Source: Lama glama
Taxonomy: Eukaryota
Reading direction: 5' to 3'
DNA length: 64,000 nt
Assembly: GCA_028534125.1 (NCBI GenBank)
Contig: CM052816.1
Span: forward strand, 77,378,001 to 77,442,000
Below the pieces are notes generated by a model. The model searched no databases. It was not told the DNA's origin and saw only the letters and a list, made by a program, of their open reading frames with translations. Position numbers and translations under genes: made by a program. Positions within the stretch are counted from its first letter, which is position 1. Each line of letters begins with the position of its first letter. This document shows, one piece after another, positions 48,964-62,564 of this stretch.

Positions 48964-50323
48964 GGCCCTGAACTTGACTTTTACGTACAGCTTCACACAC
49001 ATGCACATGCACACGCACCTACATATATGCACACAAGTGCCATTGAACTGCTCTGCTTTGGGGCCCTGCACCTCCTACTTTTTCACCAAAGCCCTCTGCT
49101 CTCCTAAACCATCCAGTGCCTCTCACTAAGAACCAGCGGGCTGGAGACTTGGGCCCTGTTCACATGCTCCCACTTTCTGGGGACTGAATGCCATCTCTGG
49201 AGAGAAACGGCTGAAGAAGGAAGAGGATTTCTTGGCTGGGAATCCGCTTTCCCTAAGGCCCATGCAAGACAACCTTGATAAATACAACACAGGATTAGAG
49301 AAAACAAAGCCATGTCTGTCGGGTGTGTGTTCAGAGTCACTAGGGATACCCAGTGCCCCAGGAAAATGTCTCTCAACCACTTTTGTTCCTTGAAAAGCCA
49401 CCCAATTCCACCCTAAGAACTGGATACCTTTGGCTTAAAGCTTTGCCTGAGTCTGTGAAGATGCGATCAACCTGAAGAGAACAGACAGAATCTAGAATGA
49501 CTGTGCTGGGGGTGGGGTGGGGGTGGCACACCAGAAACTACAGAGAGCTAGGGAAGGAAAAGAAAGAGAAGAGGGCCAACTGAAGGTGTCAAAGATGAGC
49601 TTCATTCGATTGAAGGCTCTGCCTGGAGCCAATTTTCCCCTTGTTGTGTAAGGAGGCTATTCCAGACTTGGAGCTTGGACTCCTGAGCAGGGCTGGGGCT
49701 TCTGCCATCTATGATTAAAAGCCACAGCTGTGATTTGGGCATCTCCTTGGGCCACACTCTTGTATCCACATGAAGAGAGCTGAGGAGCCTCTAACTGAAT
49801 TGGAAATAGCCTGAAGAGGACAGTGGACCTCCTTGATGAAGATGCAAAGTAGGACAAGGACTTGGAGCTGTTTATCTGGTTGAGGGCGCACCAGAACCCT
49901 TGCACTGCTGGCTCCGGGCAGACCTTGGCCACGGAGCAGCAGGAAGCTGACTGCTGTGCTGGGGAGTCACACACATGTAACCCTGCCTTTGGGAGCACCA
50001 AGTTCTCACTGCTGTCCAAGCTTGAATATTAGAGACCCAGGGGCTGGGCGTGTCCCTCTCTCCAGGCCCTTTGACCAGAAAGGGTCTGGGTTGTCTGTAA
50101 TGGGGTTGTTTGAAAGCCTGCATTTTTTAGTTTGTTTTTTTGTTTTGTTTTGTTCTAGTTTCTATGTTTATTTGGTATGTTTTCTCCCTTGGGGCTATGG
50201 CTAACTTCGCATGTCTTCTTTGAGAATTATCTCTTGGCATGCAAGATAAGGAAAATCTCTGGGGAAGATACTGAGAAATGATCCCCAAAAGATATAAGGA
50301 AGGTTCCTGAGGAAGCTTATTAC

Positions 50324-50402
50324 CTCTTGAGGATATCCGGATGGTCATACGTCAGGTAACTGCGGCCGATAAATTGCGGGATCTCAATGGCTTCTGTGAT
50401 GG
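50324..50402 (-). CDS. EGFLAM: EGFLAM exon, 79 nt, start of laminin G domain 3
   Basis: tctcag|CC...AAGAG|gtaata; [26 protein letters not shown]. Confidence 0.95.
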
Positions 50403-52695
50403 CTGAGACAGAACAGAAAATGGAGGTTACGCGGGATGTGGCTCTCTTGACCCCAGCACTCAACCATGTGGCAGGAAGATACAAAGAGAGCCAGCTCCTG
50501 GAAATAGGACATTTATCAACTTGTCAGCCTCTTCCTCTTGGCTGCACATGCACTTGGCCAGGTTTGAGGCTGCCCGGCCTGATGGCCTGGAGTTGGCGCC
50601 TCCCTGTCTCCCCTCCCCGGGGCCAGCTGTCACCGTTATCAGCCTCAGCACTACCAAGAAGCCTTTGCTGAACGTGCCCAGTTATTCTTGGAAGTCAGAG
50701 AGCAGGTCTTGGGCCATGTGGGGAGCAGCTGGGGGTGACCAGAGATGTTCTCCAAGGGAGGCAGAGGAAACAGTCCCCCAACAAAACCCACCAGGATTTC
50801 TTTATTTGAAGCCAGTCTGGCCGAGAACCCCTCCAGCCACGACCTCAGATACTGGTGAAGGAGAAGACAGGAGGCTCTGACTGTTTGCTGCTGATCGCCT
50901 TCCAGTGCTGCATTTCCCAAGATTTTCACCACAATCACATGAGGTAGCAGGGAGTAAGGGGGGAGGGGAGGGTTGGTTATTCCCAATTAATAGACGAGGA
51001 AAAATGAGGCACAAAGTCGTCTAGGTTTTGCCCAAGATCATGCAGCTGAGAGAGCAACAGACCATGGACCAGAGTGTCTCTCTTCAGTTCTGGCCCTCAG
51101 CCCACTTCTTTTTATTTTCTAATATTTTAGAAGCGTGTTTCCTTCCTCCCAACATCTCATCACTTTGTTTTCTTGAGCAATCGCCTTCTTCCACACAGTA
51201 AAAAAAAAAAAAAAAGATTAAGTAGTCATGTTTGGTGACTTGAATTAGGGATAATTTAGGGGATTTCTTCCAAAGAGATAATAACATTATCTCTTTCCTC
51301 TTTAGAAAAATCCAGAAATGGTGGTTTAAAGAAATTAAGGTAGACTGAATCTCATGTTCAAAGAAATGTGCAAAATGAGAGAGAATAAACCAGCTGATAA
51401 AATGAATTATAGTTTCACAAAAATATGCGGTTGGGGCGAAGAAGACCCTGAACCAAAGACTCCACACCCAGGAGAGAAAATGTGTTATTACTGACACTGT
51501 GGGTGATAGGAGAGTTTCAACTGAACTTCTAAGAAGAAGCAAGCAGGAAAGAACAGAGATACAGCCAACCACAAACCCAATGACTTTGGGCCCCCAAATG
51601 TAAGTTCCTGTGTTGGCAGTTCACCCACAGCATGCTTCCAAATTCTTCATAGAAAACAAAAGGGAAAAAAGAGGAAAAAAAAGAAAAGCAGAGGAAGAGA
51701 TATAAAAATTTAAAAGATAATTTCCGAGGTAACTATCCAAGAAATTGCTTCATTGTCCTCTGAGGCAGCCCAGCCCAGGACGAGGGCTTGCGGACCCACC
51801 CGCAGGGGCCTATTAGAGACGGAAATGACAGGCCTTGTCTCTTAAATTCTGGCCCAGGCCACCAGCCCGGCTCCCTCTGGTTCAAGCGAGTAGGAGAAGA
51901 AGGAAGAAAAGGAGGAGAGAAGAAAAAAAGAGCAAAATGGCAGGAGTGAGTAGAAAGATGGTGGGGAGAGGAGGAAAGGAGAGGAGGGGAGAGAAGGCTA
52001 TGGAAGCCAAAGGGGAGAAGACGAGACAAGAAGGAAGAGCCAGGTGGATGGCCTTCCCGGGGCGGGGAAAGGAGAGGGGGTTGGTAAAGGTGACGCTAGG
52101 GGAGAGGACCCGGAGGAACAGAGAAAGAAATGGGAGGGCGAGAAGGGAGGGTGAAAAGTAAGAGGGCAAAAGCCCAGGCAGGCCAGGGAGCTGGCTGGGC
52201 GGGCAGGCCCCCAGCTGCAGGCTGCCAGCGCTGAGACTACCCTTCCCAGAACTGAGTGCCACCCCGGCACCCTTACTGGGTTTGCCTCAGCCCCAGGCAG
52301 GGCCTGTACCCACTCTTATTGGCCATGGACCCATGGATATAGGCCTGTGGCCAACAGTCATGGTTCCCCTGGACTCCTGGAAATGGTCAGGATGTGCTCT
52401 GCACACGGAGCCTCAAAGGGCCTGTGGGCACCCTGTCCAGCTGTCTGGTAAGCCCCCCAGCTCAGGAGGTCAGGCGCTTCCTGAGGTCCAGCTGGGGGAC
52501 AAGTGTGTTCTTAGGGCCGCTGTTTTGGAGGGAGGATGCCCACCGGCCTGGCCAGAGTGTCTGAGTACCACACCACTTACCCGGGTCCCCTTCTGCAGGT
52601 GGCTGGCCTGCCCGGTGCCTGCAGCCTGGCCAGAGCCTGCCCTGGCATGAGCTCTGAGCACCATTGTGGGTTCCCAGAGAGCTCACGGTACTTAC

Positions 52696-52719
52696 TATTG
52701 AGGCAGTGGTTCCCACACT
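52696..52719 (-). CDS. EGFLAM: EGFLAM 24-nt in-frame cassette microexon (ECGNHCLN)
   Basis: ctggcag|AGTGTGGGAACCACTGCCTCAATA|gtaagt; phase 1-1. Resembles the 8-aa insert I recall in the long human isoform (ECGNYCLN). Confidence 0.85.
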
Positions 52720-55700
52720 CTGCCAGGTGCCAGCATGAAACACAACAGGGAAAGTCAGAATTTCAGTCACTATAAAATCCCAATTACTTTGGTTTACAGA
52801 TCCCTGGAAACCAGCCTTATGGCCCGCACGGTGCCCTGCAGGAATTCACATGCCTCTTGGGGAACATGACCCTGATTCCCAACAGGAACCACTGGAAATC
52901 TTTTCTCAGCATGCTGAGCACCAAGTCACCCAACACACCTCCCCAGTCCTGGCCTCACAGTGGGGGTGTGGGTGGTGGTGGCCCTGTGTATCATGTGTCT
53001 GACACCTCTGAGGCTCCCCGACCTTGAACAGACAATCCCCACTAAATCTTACTTACCTTGCCAATAACCATTACTTTTCACAGCTCTAGGCTGCATGTGA
53101 AACAGGAATGATAAGCCAGCCAGCTGCCTCTTTTCTCTCTGGAGTGGAAAAATCTCACCCTCATTCTCACCCCACCCCTCTCTGCAAGATTCCAGAGCCC
53201 TGGTTATTCTGTGATTAACAAAGAACAGGGGCTCCAGAAATGACACCACTGAACACAAAAATGGTGAGAATATACTCAGTATCATCAGTATATGTGGATA
53301 AATATTAATTCTGCCCTAAAACTTTACAGCTAGAAGTGACCATCTAGCCCTTTCTGGACCTTTGTGATTTGTTTAAATACTGTAAACCCAATTATATTGT
53401 ATCCGAACACTTTGTATCTAATTTTTTCTATATTGTCTCTTTCTCTGATGCAAAAGCACTAGTTGAAAGTGGTTTTGGTGCTTCCTCACATTTAGACCTA
53501 AAAGCTTGGGCCATCTGGTGACACAAATATTATCCTGATGAACAGCAGTGTATAAGCCAGGCAAAGCGAGTTTTCCACTGGAGGGACCTGAAATTCCCAG
53601 CGGACTATTAAGAGTAGAAGGGAGTGCTGGCTCTTTCATACAGTCCCAGGATCAGTGAAGGAAGGACCCGGGGTGTTGTAATCTAGCTTTCCCAGCAACC
53701 AGGACTCCTCCCAACAACATCCTGAGGGATGGCCATCCAGCCCCAGGGAACAGTTTCCATGATGGGCAGCCACTCGCACACAGGGCAGCACCCTCCCATG
53801 CTGGACAGCTCTGCTTGGTACAGAAGTCTTGGTTCCATGCAGCTGACTCTGCAGCCACAAAGTAAACAACAGCAAAAAAAAAAAAACAAACAAAAAAAAC
53901 ACTCTTTCTACATCACCAGCCTTCAACTCTCTAAAGATCAACATCTCAGCTGAACATCCCCCAATTTTTCATTGTTTAATGATACCCTATCCCAAGAAAA
54001 GAAATTCCCTGTAGTCTGCACAACTTATATGTTTTTTCATACTGAGTTTGCTTAAATCCCAGCCCATATTTACTGAAGCTATTCTTTTTATGCACTGGGA
54101 TGCCCCACCCCTGAAAAAAAATCACCCAAATCAGACCCAGCAATACGATGTGAATGTACTAAATGCAATGTAAAATGTCCAGAATGCTGTGCATCTGGTA
54201 GATCAGGGGAGATCAGGCAGGTTCCGATCTTTGAGGACTGTACATCCCCTACAAATGTGTGACCCTTTAAGCTTGGTAGCTTTCGGTGTCAGGAGTGAAT
54301 GTGGAGCGGCTCACCTGCTGCAGAGAAACACCCCCATCTAGTGGCCTGCAGGGTCCTGCACGGTCTGAGCCTGGACTTTGCAGAATTGCAGGCGGAGGGA
54401 AGAAAGGACGGGGGCTCAGAGTTCTTTCCCAAGTGGCCAGGTTGCTGTTGGCTGGGGGAACCCCAGAAGGAAACAGCTGCATCCTGTACCCTGGTCTTAG
54501 ACACTCAGAGCATAGCAAAAGCTCTGAGAAGGATGGCAGAAGAGAGAGCATTTAACTGTCTTTACGCAGGATTACCCTGTTGATTTGACTCCAGGACACC
54601 CCTCATATTTCGTGTATATTGTGTATAATGTATATTGTCTGTCTCTGTGTGTGTGCAAAACAGCTGTTGATATTTCTTTGAACTTCACTTTTCCCCATGG
54701 CTTCGAGATACTCTGCTTTAACTTGTTAGTAAGTTACTTCGATACAAGAGCTCTGAGGGACTGGGTCACGAGGTGGGTAAATTTGGACGAGAGTAGAGAG
54801 AAAAAGGAAAGAAATTTCTAAGGTTGAGGAATATCTTTTTGAAGAGGGAGGCCTTTTGACATCCCTCTGGTGAGATGAGAAAGGGGCCTCGGTACTGGGG
54901 TGTGGCATGGGGTGTTGAGGTTTGAGGTGGAAGGAGGCACCTAAGAGTGAGAGCCCCCAAACAGAAGGTGACAAGACCACCGAGCCTTGTGGTTTTTGTT
55001 GGTGCCTGAAGCTGTGGCTGGGAGTTAGAAGAACCTCTGGCTCTTCCTACCCCAGGTTGGGAAAAGAGGCTCCCTTTTCTACAGCTCAGGGGGAGCCCCG
55101 TGCCTGGTCTGGGCTCAGGCTCTGCTCCTGCCTCTCATTTCACAGAGATCAAGGGCAGGGTGAGGGTCCAGAAACCACCACGATGGTCTGATGGTCTGGG
55201 TGCCTGGAAGCCCTCCAGGATTTGTCTAAGTTTCTGGCCTCAGCCCTCCTGGCCCAAGAGGTCAGGACAAGCATCCAGTCTCCTGACTCGGGCCCCAGTG
55301 GGATCTGCCTGCCTGTCACAAACTCTCTCTGACAAGGTGAGAGAGAACCAGACTCACTGAGGATCCTCCAAACTCATTTCCTGTTGGGGAGGTGCCCGTT
55401 GGGATGGACTGAGCGGGGCCTGGTGCCGAGGGTTTCTACAGCACGCTGCTCAAAGTACAAGGACTGCTTTAACTTCTGCACGGGATACTAGGAACAGCTA
55501 CTTGCTTCTGAAGTATGACATATTAACCAGGGAGTGAGAAAAACAAATCTTTAAATATATGAGGCTAGGAATCACCTTGCTGGATTAGACAGGATGCTCT
55601 CTGACAACCAAGGATGGCTTCTACCCACTCTCGGTCTTTCCCACTAAGAATCAACCTAAACGTTTAGACTGTGCTCGTGCATCTCGACAGAATGGTGTGG

Positions 55701-57812
55701 TTAGCCATCTCTCTTCCCTTTCTTTTCAGTCCTTAACCAGGACTAGAAGCTCACTGCAAAATCACAGCCATCTGGACAGTGACTGTGCACCACTGAGTAC
55801 CTGCTGGGGCCTGGAAAACCTGTGCTTAACAGTCCAAACCTGCACCTGGAGTCCCATTAATCTTCTCAAGCCATGTCACAGGAGAGGAAATTATGTGATA
55901 CAGGCCATGCCTCCTGTCTATGAATCTTCCTGGGATTGGCATCAGCTGCTGTTACGCCAGAAGCACTCTGTTTCCAAGCACAAGGAAATACTGATACAAC
56001 ACTATGGCAGCTCATGTTCTGCCTGGCTTTTAAGCTTGACTCTAGCCTAGGATGTTGCAGAAAAAGAGGCCTAAATGCCCCTTAGATGCCCCCTGCCACC
56101 GTCCGCTCCCTTGGATCTTCTTGCCAGGAAGCCCAGGTCCTCCCCAGCAATCTGACTCTTCATTCTGGTAAGATTTCTCACTGAACCTGAACCTGTCATT
56201 ACGAAGCTATACATGTGACCACTTAACATCCATCTGGCTAACGTTCTGTAACAGGAAATGAGGGTTAACAAGATCACAAATTATCCTTTCCTTCCTCCTT
56301 TAATTCCAAAGCTAAATGTTCATTTAAGCCTGGATTTTCTATCTTGACCATTGGTGTTAACGTGTAAGGCAGGAGTGTGCTTGAATTGCTTGCAGCAAAA
56401 CTGGAGACCTAGGAGATTCAAACACTGATATGTGAAATCTAGAGGCAATTTTCTGAATGGCTGGGCCACACCTGAACTGAATCTCTCCAAGTACATGTTA
56501 CTAGTTAACCTGTGATTTGCTCATTCGAATTATAATCAGGAGCATTCACAGATGGATCAGTTCCTCTGGTCTGAGGGTTCATCACTAGGGTGAGTGATGT
56601 TAATAAACATATTTCATATGACTTGCCGTGAAGGTTTCAAAATTCATGTCGATAAAATGCTGCTTAGTCTTCCAACTGGCAAATTGGCATCTTTCCTATT
56701 TTCCAAGACATCTATCATTCCACGTACCAAAATATCTACCTGTAGTTTACAGTTTTCCTCTAAGCCCTACTTTTGATAAAAATTAGGAACTTAAACACGA
56801 AAGAGAGAGACCACATGCCTTCACTTAGGATCGCTGCCTTATTTCCTTCAGGCCTGTCTACCTTTTTTTTTTAAAGGACAGCTGAGGCCATCCTGACAGT
56901 CTAACAAGAAGGTCCATACTGCTCCATGTGCTGCCGCTATGTGATGCAGGCCTCTTCACCCCGCGGCGGCCTCTGCCTCCCGTGAGCAGGTGTGGACAGC
57001 TCAGTCCAGCAGGGCCTGTGGGCTGGGACCTGCTCTGCCTTCAGACCAAGGCAAGTTGGAAGCTGAGTAGCTCACAGCACCTGCTGATGGGTTTTATTTT
57101 TCTCACCAAGAATAATAATGATCAGTATTGGTGGAGTACTTACCAGGCCCTCTTCTGAGGAATATGGACTGCCTCGTTCCTCTTCTAAGGACTACACATT
57201 GCTTCATTTAATCTACACTACCATTCTCTCTGTTAGGTAATACTGCTACCACCATTCCCATTCTATAGATGAGAAAACTGAGGCACAACTTATATAGCCT
57301 GGAAAACAGCAGTCTACAGAAAGTTATTCGTACTTTAAGTTTGGAAGCAATTAATATACAATTTGTACTTTTCCAAATTTGGCGATTTCTCTTTATAGCA
57401 TTCACAGGTAGGAGTCAAAAATATTTAGTCAAAATATTGATCAGCCTATAACACCCAGGCATCTACCTTTCAGGACAGGTTCTAGGAGTAGCTGAGAAGC
57501 AAGGGTCCTGGAAACCCCCACATTTATGAGTTAAAATTTTAGTTGTTCAATCATGAGGCGATTCTCAGAGAAGGAGCCAGGGAGTAGGGGTCTTAATTAC
57601 TGTTCACAGAAATGTTTCCGCATTTTAATTGTTATTAAATAATTACTGTTATTTACATGTAATTAATTATCTAATGTGTTACTGACATCATTGACAAGAT
57701 AACCCGTATGGATGTCTCGGGGTTATCAACTCATCTTTTAAGAGTGGCAGTCCCCCAAATGGTCTGTCCATTCCCTCTGCTCCCGGAAGCAGTGCCTGAG
57801 ACCCCCATGTAC

Positions 57813-57993
57813 CTTTCTGGCAGTGCAGCCCCTCGAAGCCCAGGGGGCAGTCACACTCATAGCCCTCCTTCCTGGGCCGGCAGCTGCCCCCATGGGTGCA
57901 GGGGGCCCCCACGCAGGGGTGGGCTGCATTCTCCACATTCACGCCCCAAGTGAAGTCATGCTTCACATGGATGGTCCGGTCATTCAGGATGAT
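57813..57993 (-). CDS. EGFLAM: EGFLAM exon, 181 nt, end of LG2 plus EGF-like domain
   Basis: tcctaag|ATC...AAAG|gtacat; [60 protein letters not shown] (6-Cys EGF pattern). Confidence 0.96.
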
Positions 57994-58299
57994 CTTAGGA
58001 GAGAAAATGTAAAGAAATTCAGGAATTCAGAAAACATCCTTGCGATCTTCTCCAGTTTCCCTCCAAGCACCAGCTGAACTATGCCTAGTGAAGGAGCTTT
58101 AAAAAAGAGAGAGCAAGTCCAGTAGCTGCTTTCATAGTCTTGTAAATGATACAGGAACCGAAGTGGTTACATCTGGCACTTGGGAGAATCTGCATCGTTT
58201 ACAAGACTGCACAAGCACCTTCCTCTGCTTGGGGAAGACCTGGCCACTCAGGGAGGTCTCAGAGAAGTCCCAGTCACCACAAAATTCGGGTTCTAAATC

Positions 58300-58510
58300 T
58301 GCATATTAGAATCATGGGGAGGGGGACGGGTTAAGAAATGTAGTAATGCCCAAGCCCCACCCAGTTCAACTGAATCACAGTCTCTGTGGGTGGAGTCCAG
58401 TCATCAGTAACTTTAAAGAGTTTCTCATGTGAAGCAATGATTGCCATGAGACTCCATTCGCTTCCTTCCCTTTCATAGAAATATCTGCAGCGATCTGATG
58501 CTGGGTGCCT
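58300..58510. mobile_element. MER5-like MITE
   Basis: gcatattagaatcatgggga...aatgcccaagccccacccag...tgaatcacagtctctgtgggtggagtccag. Confidence 0.55.
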
Positions 58511-58774
58511 CCTCAATACTCCGCGGATATTTTAGTGGATTCATTGTAAAAATTCATCCTCAATGAGTTTGTGGAATGCCTGCTGGGCACAGACCCAGGA
58601 GCAGATGCTATAAGAAAGCAGGGTTGGAAAGCTATGCTCTGAGCATTAAAAAACACAATCTTAAAAATGTTAAAACTTTCTCCAAGCTTCTTTTTTGGGT
58701 GCACTGATCACAGTTCTCAATTCCACTGCCTGCAGTCAAGGTCACACAATACGATGAGGAAGGGAAACCGGTAC

Positions 58775-58891
58775 CTTCTGGATGCTCCCACTGAATGGCC
58801 TGAGGATGCCCGAGTTTTTCTTCACGTCATCGTAATTGGGGACCCCACCAATGAAAATGTCTGAGTTGCACTTAATCTGGGTGAAGCCTCC
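58775..58891 (-). CDS. EGFLAM: EGFLAM exon, 117 nt, laminin G domain 2
   Basis: ttggcag|GGA...AAG|gtaccg; [39 protein letters not shown]; in phase with both neighbours. Confidence 0.95.
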
Positions 58892-59944
58892 CTGCCAACA
58901 GAGTCAGAACAAAACACGGTATAACTTCAGAAAAGATGGTTAAGATTACCAAATGTGCTTTTGGTTCCCTGTTAGAGAACTCACGATAAAGACAGTCTGG
59001 CTTGATCTTTGCATTGTTTTGCATTGCTACTTACCACCTGTTTGAATGTGTGTAAATTAATGGACATTTCTGAGACTCAGTTTCATCAGCTAGGAAATGG
59101 GAGTCATCACGTCACACCTCACAGATGTGTGGTGACGAACGCGGTGGACTGCTCCATCAGCAGGACCCCTCCCTGCAGGAAGACTGCCTCCAACCTGTCC
59201 ATCTCAGGTGGGGCCATGTAACTTGCTTTGGTCAATAAAACATGAGAAGAAGAGAAATCAATCGCTTCTGGGCAGAGGCTGTCAGAGCCAGGAGTGGTTC
59301 GCCATGCCCTCTTCCCCCGCCCCCTGTTCCTTCAGCCTGGGTCTCAGATTAAAGCTGCAGCTGACCATTGATGGACATGTAACACGAGTAAGACATAAGC
59401 TCTTATTATAAGCTGTTGATATTTTGGGCTCGTGTGTGCCCAACTAGAGCACAGTCCAGCCTGTCCTGGCAGCTGAGATCCCACTGATTTAACCCTGCCC
59501 AGAGCTGGATGCAAAATCAGCATTCCAGTGTAGCAGCTATTACTGTATTCACTAAGGGTAAAGATAGAACCTCCTTAGGCCAAGAGAAAGGGAAAGCATG
59601 GGGGTGGGGGCAGGCATTCCTTGTTATCAAATACAAAGGGCAGAGAAGCTTTTTTCAGATTCTCAGAGAATTCCCCAATTGTCAATCCCCAAGGACTTCC
59701 CTTGCTTCCGGTCATTTCAGCAGCCTAAACTCCAGTGGCTGGGCCAGATAACATGCCATGTGTCATATTTAATATCTAACCTCCTTCAACATGAGTTTTA
59801 AGCAAAACGTTAAAATATTCTAAGATAACATACAGAAATAAATTAAAATTTGAGGTCTCTGGGGATCTACATGCTTTGGGTAATGTAAGTAATTGTCTCC
59901 TTTGATTTATGGTCAACAGAAATACAAATAGTAGCAGCATTTAA

Positions 59945-60530
59945 TTATTTATTAATTAACCCAAATGTTATTGGGTACCTACCGTCTCCCAGGTACTACG
60001 TGCTGCACAAACCACAGTTAATAATAAAGACCAGGTCCCTGCCCTCCAGAGGCTTACACTGAGGGGAGTACAGGCAAGTAAGTGAGCAGGTGGGATCAGC
60101 CCTGTGAGGACTGCCAGGTGACCATGGGTGCATCTGGCAGAGAGGAGGTGTCCTACATGCTACCCTAGACACAGGGAGCAGGGAGGTAGATGAGGAAGAG
60201 CTAGAAGTATTGAAACTGGACGAAGCCAGGGCTTGGAAGGAATGTAGGCTCAGGGCAGAGGTAAGGAGGGACCAGGTCACACATGGATAGAAATTTGCAA
60301 TTCACCCCAAAAGCAATGCGTTTTAAGCAGGAGAGAGAATAGTCAGATCTGTGTTTTAATATCACTGGCCAGAAGGAGGAGAATGGATCTGGGGTCCAGT
60401 GGAGATGGAGAAGGGGAGACAGGCAGAGCAGAGAGGAGGATGCCCCATCTAGGGGAGCTCACGGTGGCCCAGTCCAGCCAGGTAGCAGCAGAGAGGTTTG
60501 GGATTAGGCAGACCAAATTGCCTTTCATCA
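59945..60530 (-). mobile_element. L2 3' fragment
   Basis: aaatgttattgggtacctaccg...aagaccaggtccctgccctccagaggcttacact...ttttaagcaggagagag...tcagatctgtgttttaa. Confidence 0.7.
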
Positions 60531-61904
60531 ATGGCCTTTGGGCAGCCTTGAGGCTTCTTACTTAACTAGTGGGGGAAGTGGGGAGGTCATCAAATAAGAG
60601 CTTTCAGCAATTCTTGCGGCCAGAGGGAATATGGAACCAGGCAGGAGCTGTCAGCACACACCCACAGGCACCCATCTCAATCCTGTCCTGAAACTAAAAT
60701 ACTATGAGAAAAGGAGGAAGGTTGCAGGGTCAAAGAGATTTCAGAGAAGCAGGCTGTTTTGAAAAAACCTGGAGTTACTTGGTGGTATCCAGTGAAGGGG
60801 GCGGGGTCTTGTGGGGTGAGAGCCCTTTCGGCAGCTCATCAGAATCCTCCCCCGCCACCTTCCCGTGGCCCAGAGGCAGGGCTGCAGCTGCCTCACCCAC
60901 GCGGGGCTGCAGGAGAGAAGCCAACAGACCCCACCATCATGGGCTGCTCTGGACTCAGGCTACGTGACCAGATGTGCCACCTCCGTTCCGCTGGAAGTGG
61001 TTGGAAAACCTGAGTAAAGCCCCTGCTTGGGGTTTCCTGAGGCTCTGGGAAGCACCGCCTCTACTCTGAGTCCCACAGAGAGAGCTCAGCTCAACTTGGG
61101 CTGTTGGTATTTCTCCATGTAGCCAGCAGAGCAGTCCCAGTCTGTGTGGTCGGGACGCTTAGGGGCTGGGTTAGAGAAAACCCCAGCGGGGCCCTCTAAT
61201 CCCTGCCCCCACGATCTCTAAGCTCCAAGACCACTGCCCCGGTCAGCCTCGCCTTTGAACATGGCGTGGACAGCTGGGGAGCAGAACCCCCTGGCGGGAG
61301 ATCTGATGGAGGCTCAACTCACCGAGATCAGGCAGGGGGCCTTCCCACTCGTGTCTAAACTAGGGCGGCCTCACGGGAACCGCCCTCAAACGCCCACGGA
61401 ATAGCCCCGCCTTCCCTCCACCTGTTTACCCTGCTTTGCAGTGGGCAGCCCTCCACTCAGCTCCATCTGTTCCAAAGGCCAATAAAGAGACAGGACACTG
61501 GTTCTACGATACTGGCTGATTCTTACTCACTGGAGAGGTAGTTAACAGAACACCTCCTGTTGTGGTGTGCCTTTCGCCTTTGTGCTGCCGCGTCACGTAG
61601 GTTCCCAGTGGCACCTGCTGCGTCCTGAGGAGCTCCTTACTTACTATCAAAGGCCTTTCCCCTGCTATTGACAGACACCCCCATCCTTAGTGTTTGTTAC
61701 TGTTTTACAGGTGTTTGTAGCTAAGGCCTAGAGAGATACGATGCTTTTTTGAATTTAAGTCAACACACAGGCAGGTCTACACTTGCGAGCCTCTAATCCT
61801 GTCTTGGACTAAAGTCAGCTGTTGTATAGGAAGTGACACCATTTCTGGACTGTACCAGAAGCAATACCCATTCTCCCTTTAAAATCTATTTTCCTTTATC
61901 CATT

Positions 61905-62000
61905 TTCCTTCCTTCCTTCCTCTCATCCTTCCTTCCTTCCTTCCTTCCTCACTTCCTTCCTTCCTTCCTTCCTTCCTTCCTTCCTTCCTTCCTTCCTTCC
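61905..62000. repeat. (CCTT)n microsatellite
   Basis: Long imperfect run of ccttccttcctt. Confidence 0.95.
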
Positions 62001-62564
62001 ACAGATACACATGGGGCATTTTCTAAGGGCACTCCCTTCCTGAAGCAGAACTCAGTTTGGGATTCTTCTAACTCCCTAGGAGGTCTGGTTCTGACAGGAC
62101 CTCTCACCGCTGCTGGCCCTGAACCTGGCCTCCCAACCTGTGTGTCCCTCTTTCTTCTACCTTCCTCAACCAAATACCTCTTTCCCCATCAAAAGTCCCC
62201 TTTCCTTCCTTTTCTTCTACCAATTCATTTTCTTATCAGAACCTCCGCATTCATCCACGCTCTCCTTCAATCACACCCTCCTTCAGTCTTGTGATGCACA
62301 TAATGAAGACTGTGGAGAGTTAAAATACTGGCAAATCTAAAGTCCCTTTTGTTTTTAAGGGTCTGTAAATTGTGTGTGTGTGCAGAATCCTAGTAGGTTA
62401 TAGTTTAAAGCAAATCTTATCTCTCTTTAAAAATGTCATTTTCCTTTGGATATGACCTTGGAAATAAAATCATGGATGAAAGTTATAGACTTGAGTAGAA
62501 ATTCTGAGCTCTTGAGGTCACGACAGCACACTATTAGCGATAATAATAAGTAAGGCCACAGAGC

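Noticed and set aside
51835..52270. R/K/E/G-rich and L/S/P/F-rich overlapping ORFs
   Set aside because: By-products of a low-complexity purine tract; no domain or splice support.
61833..62294. 153-aa ORF with PSFL repeats
   Set aside because: Translation of the (CCTT)n microsatellite.
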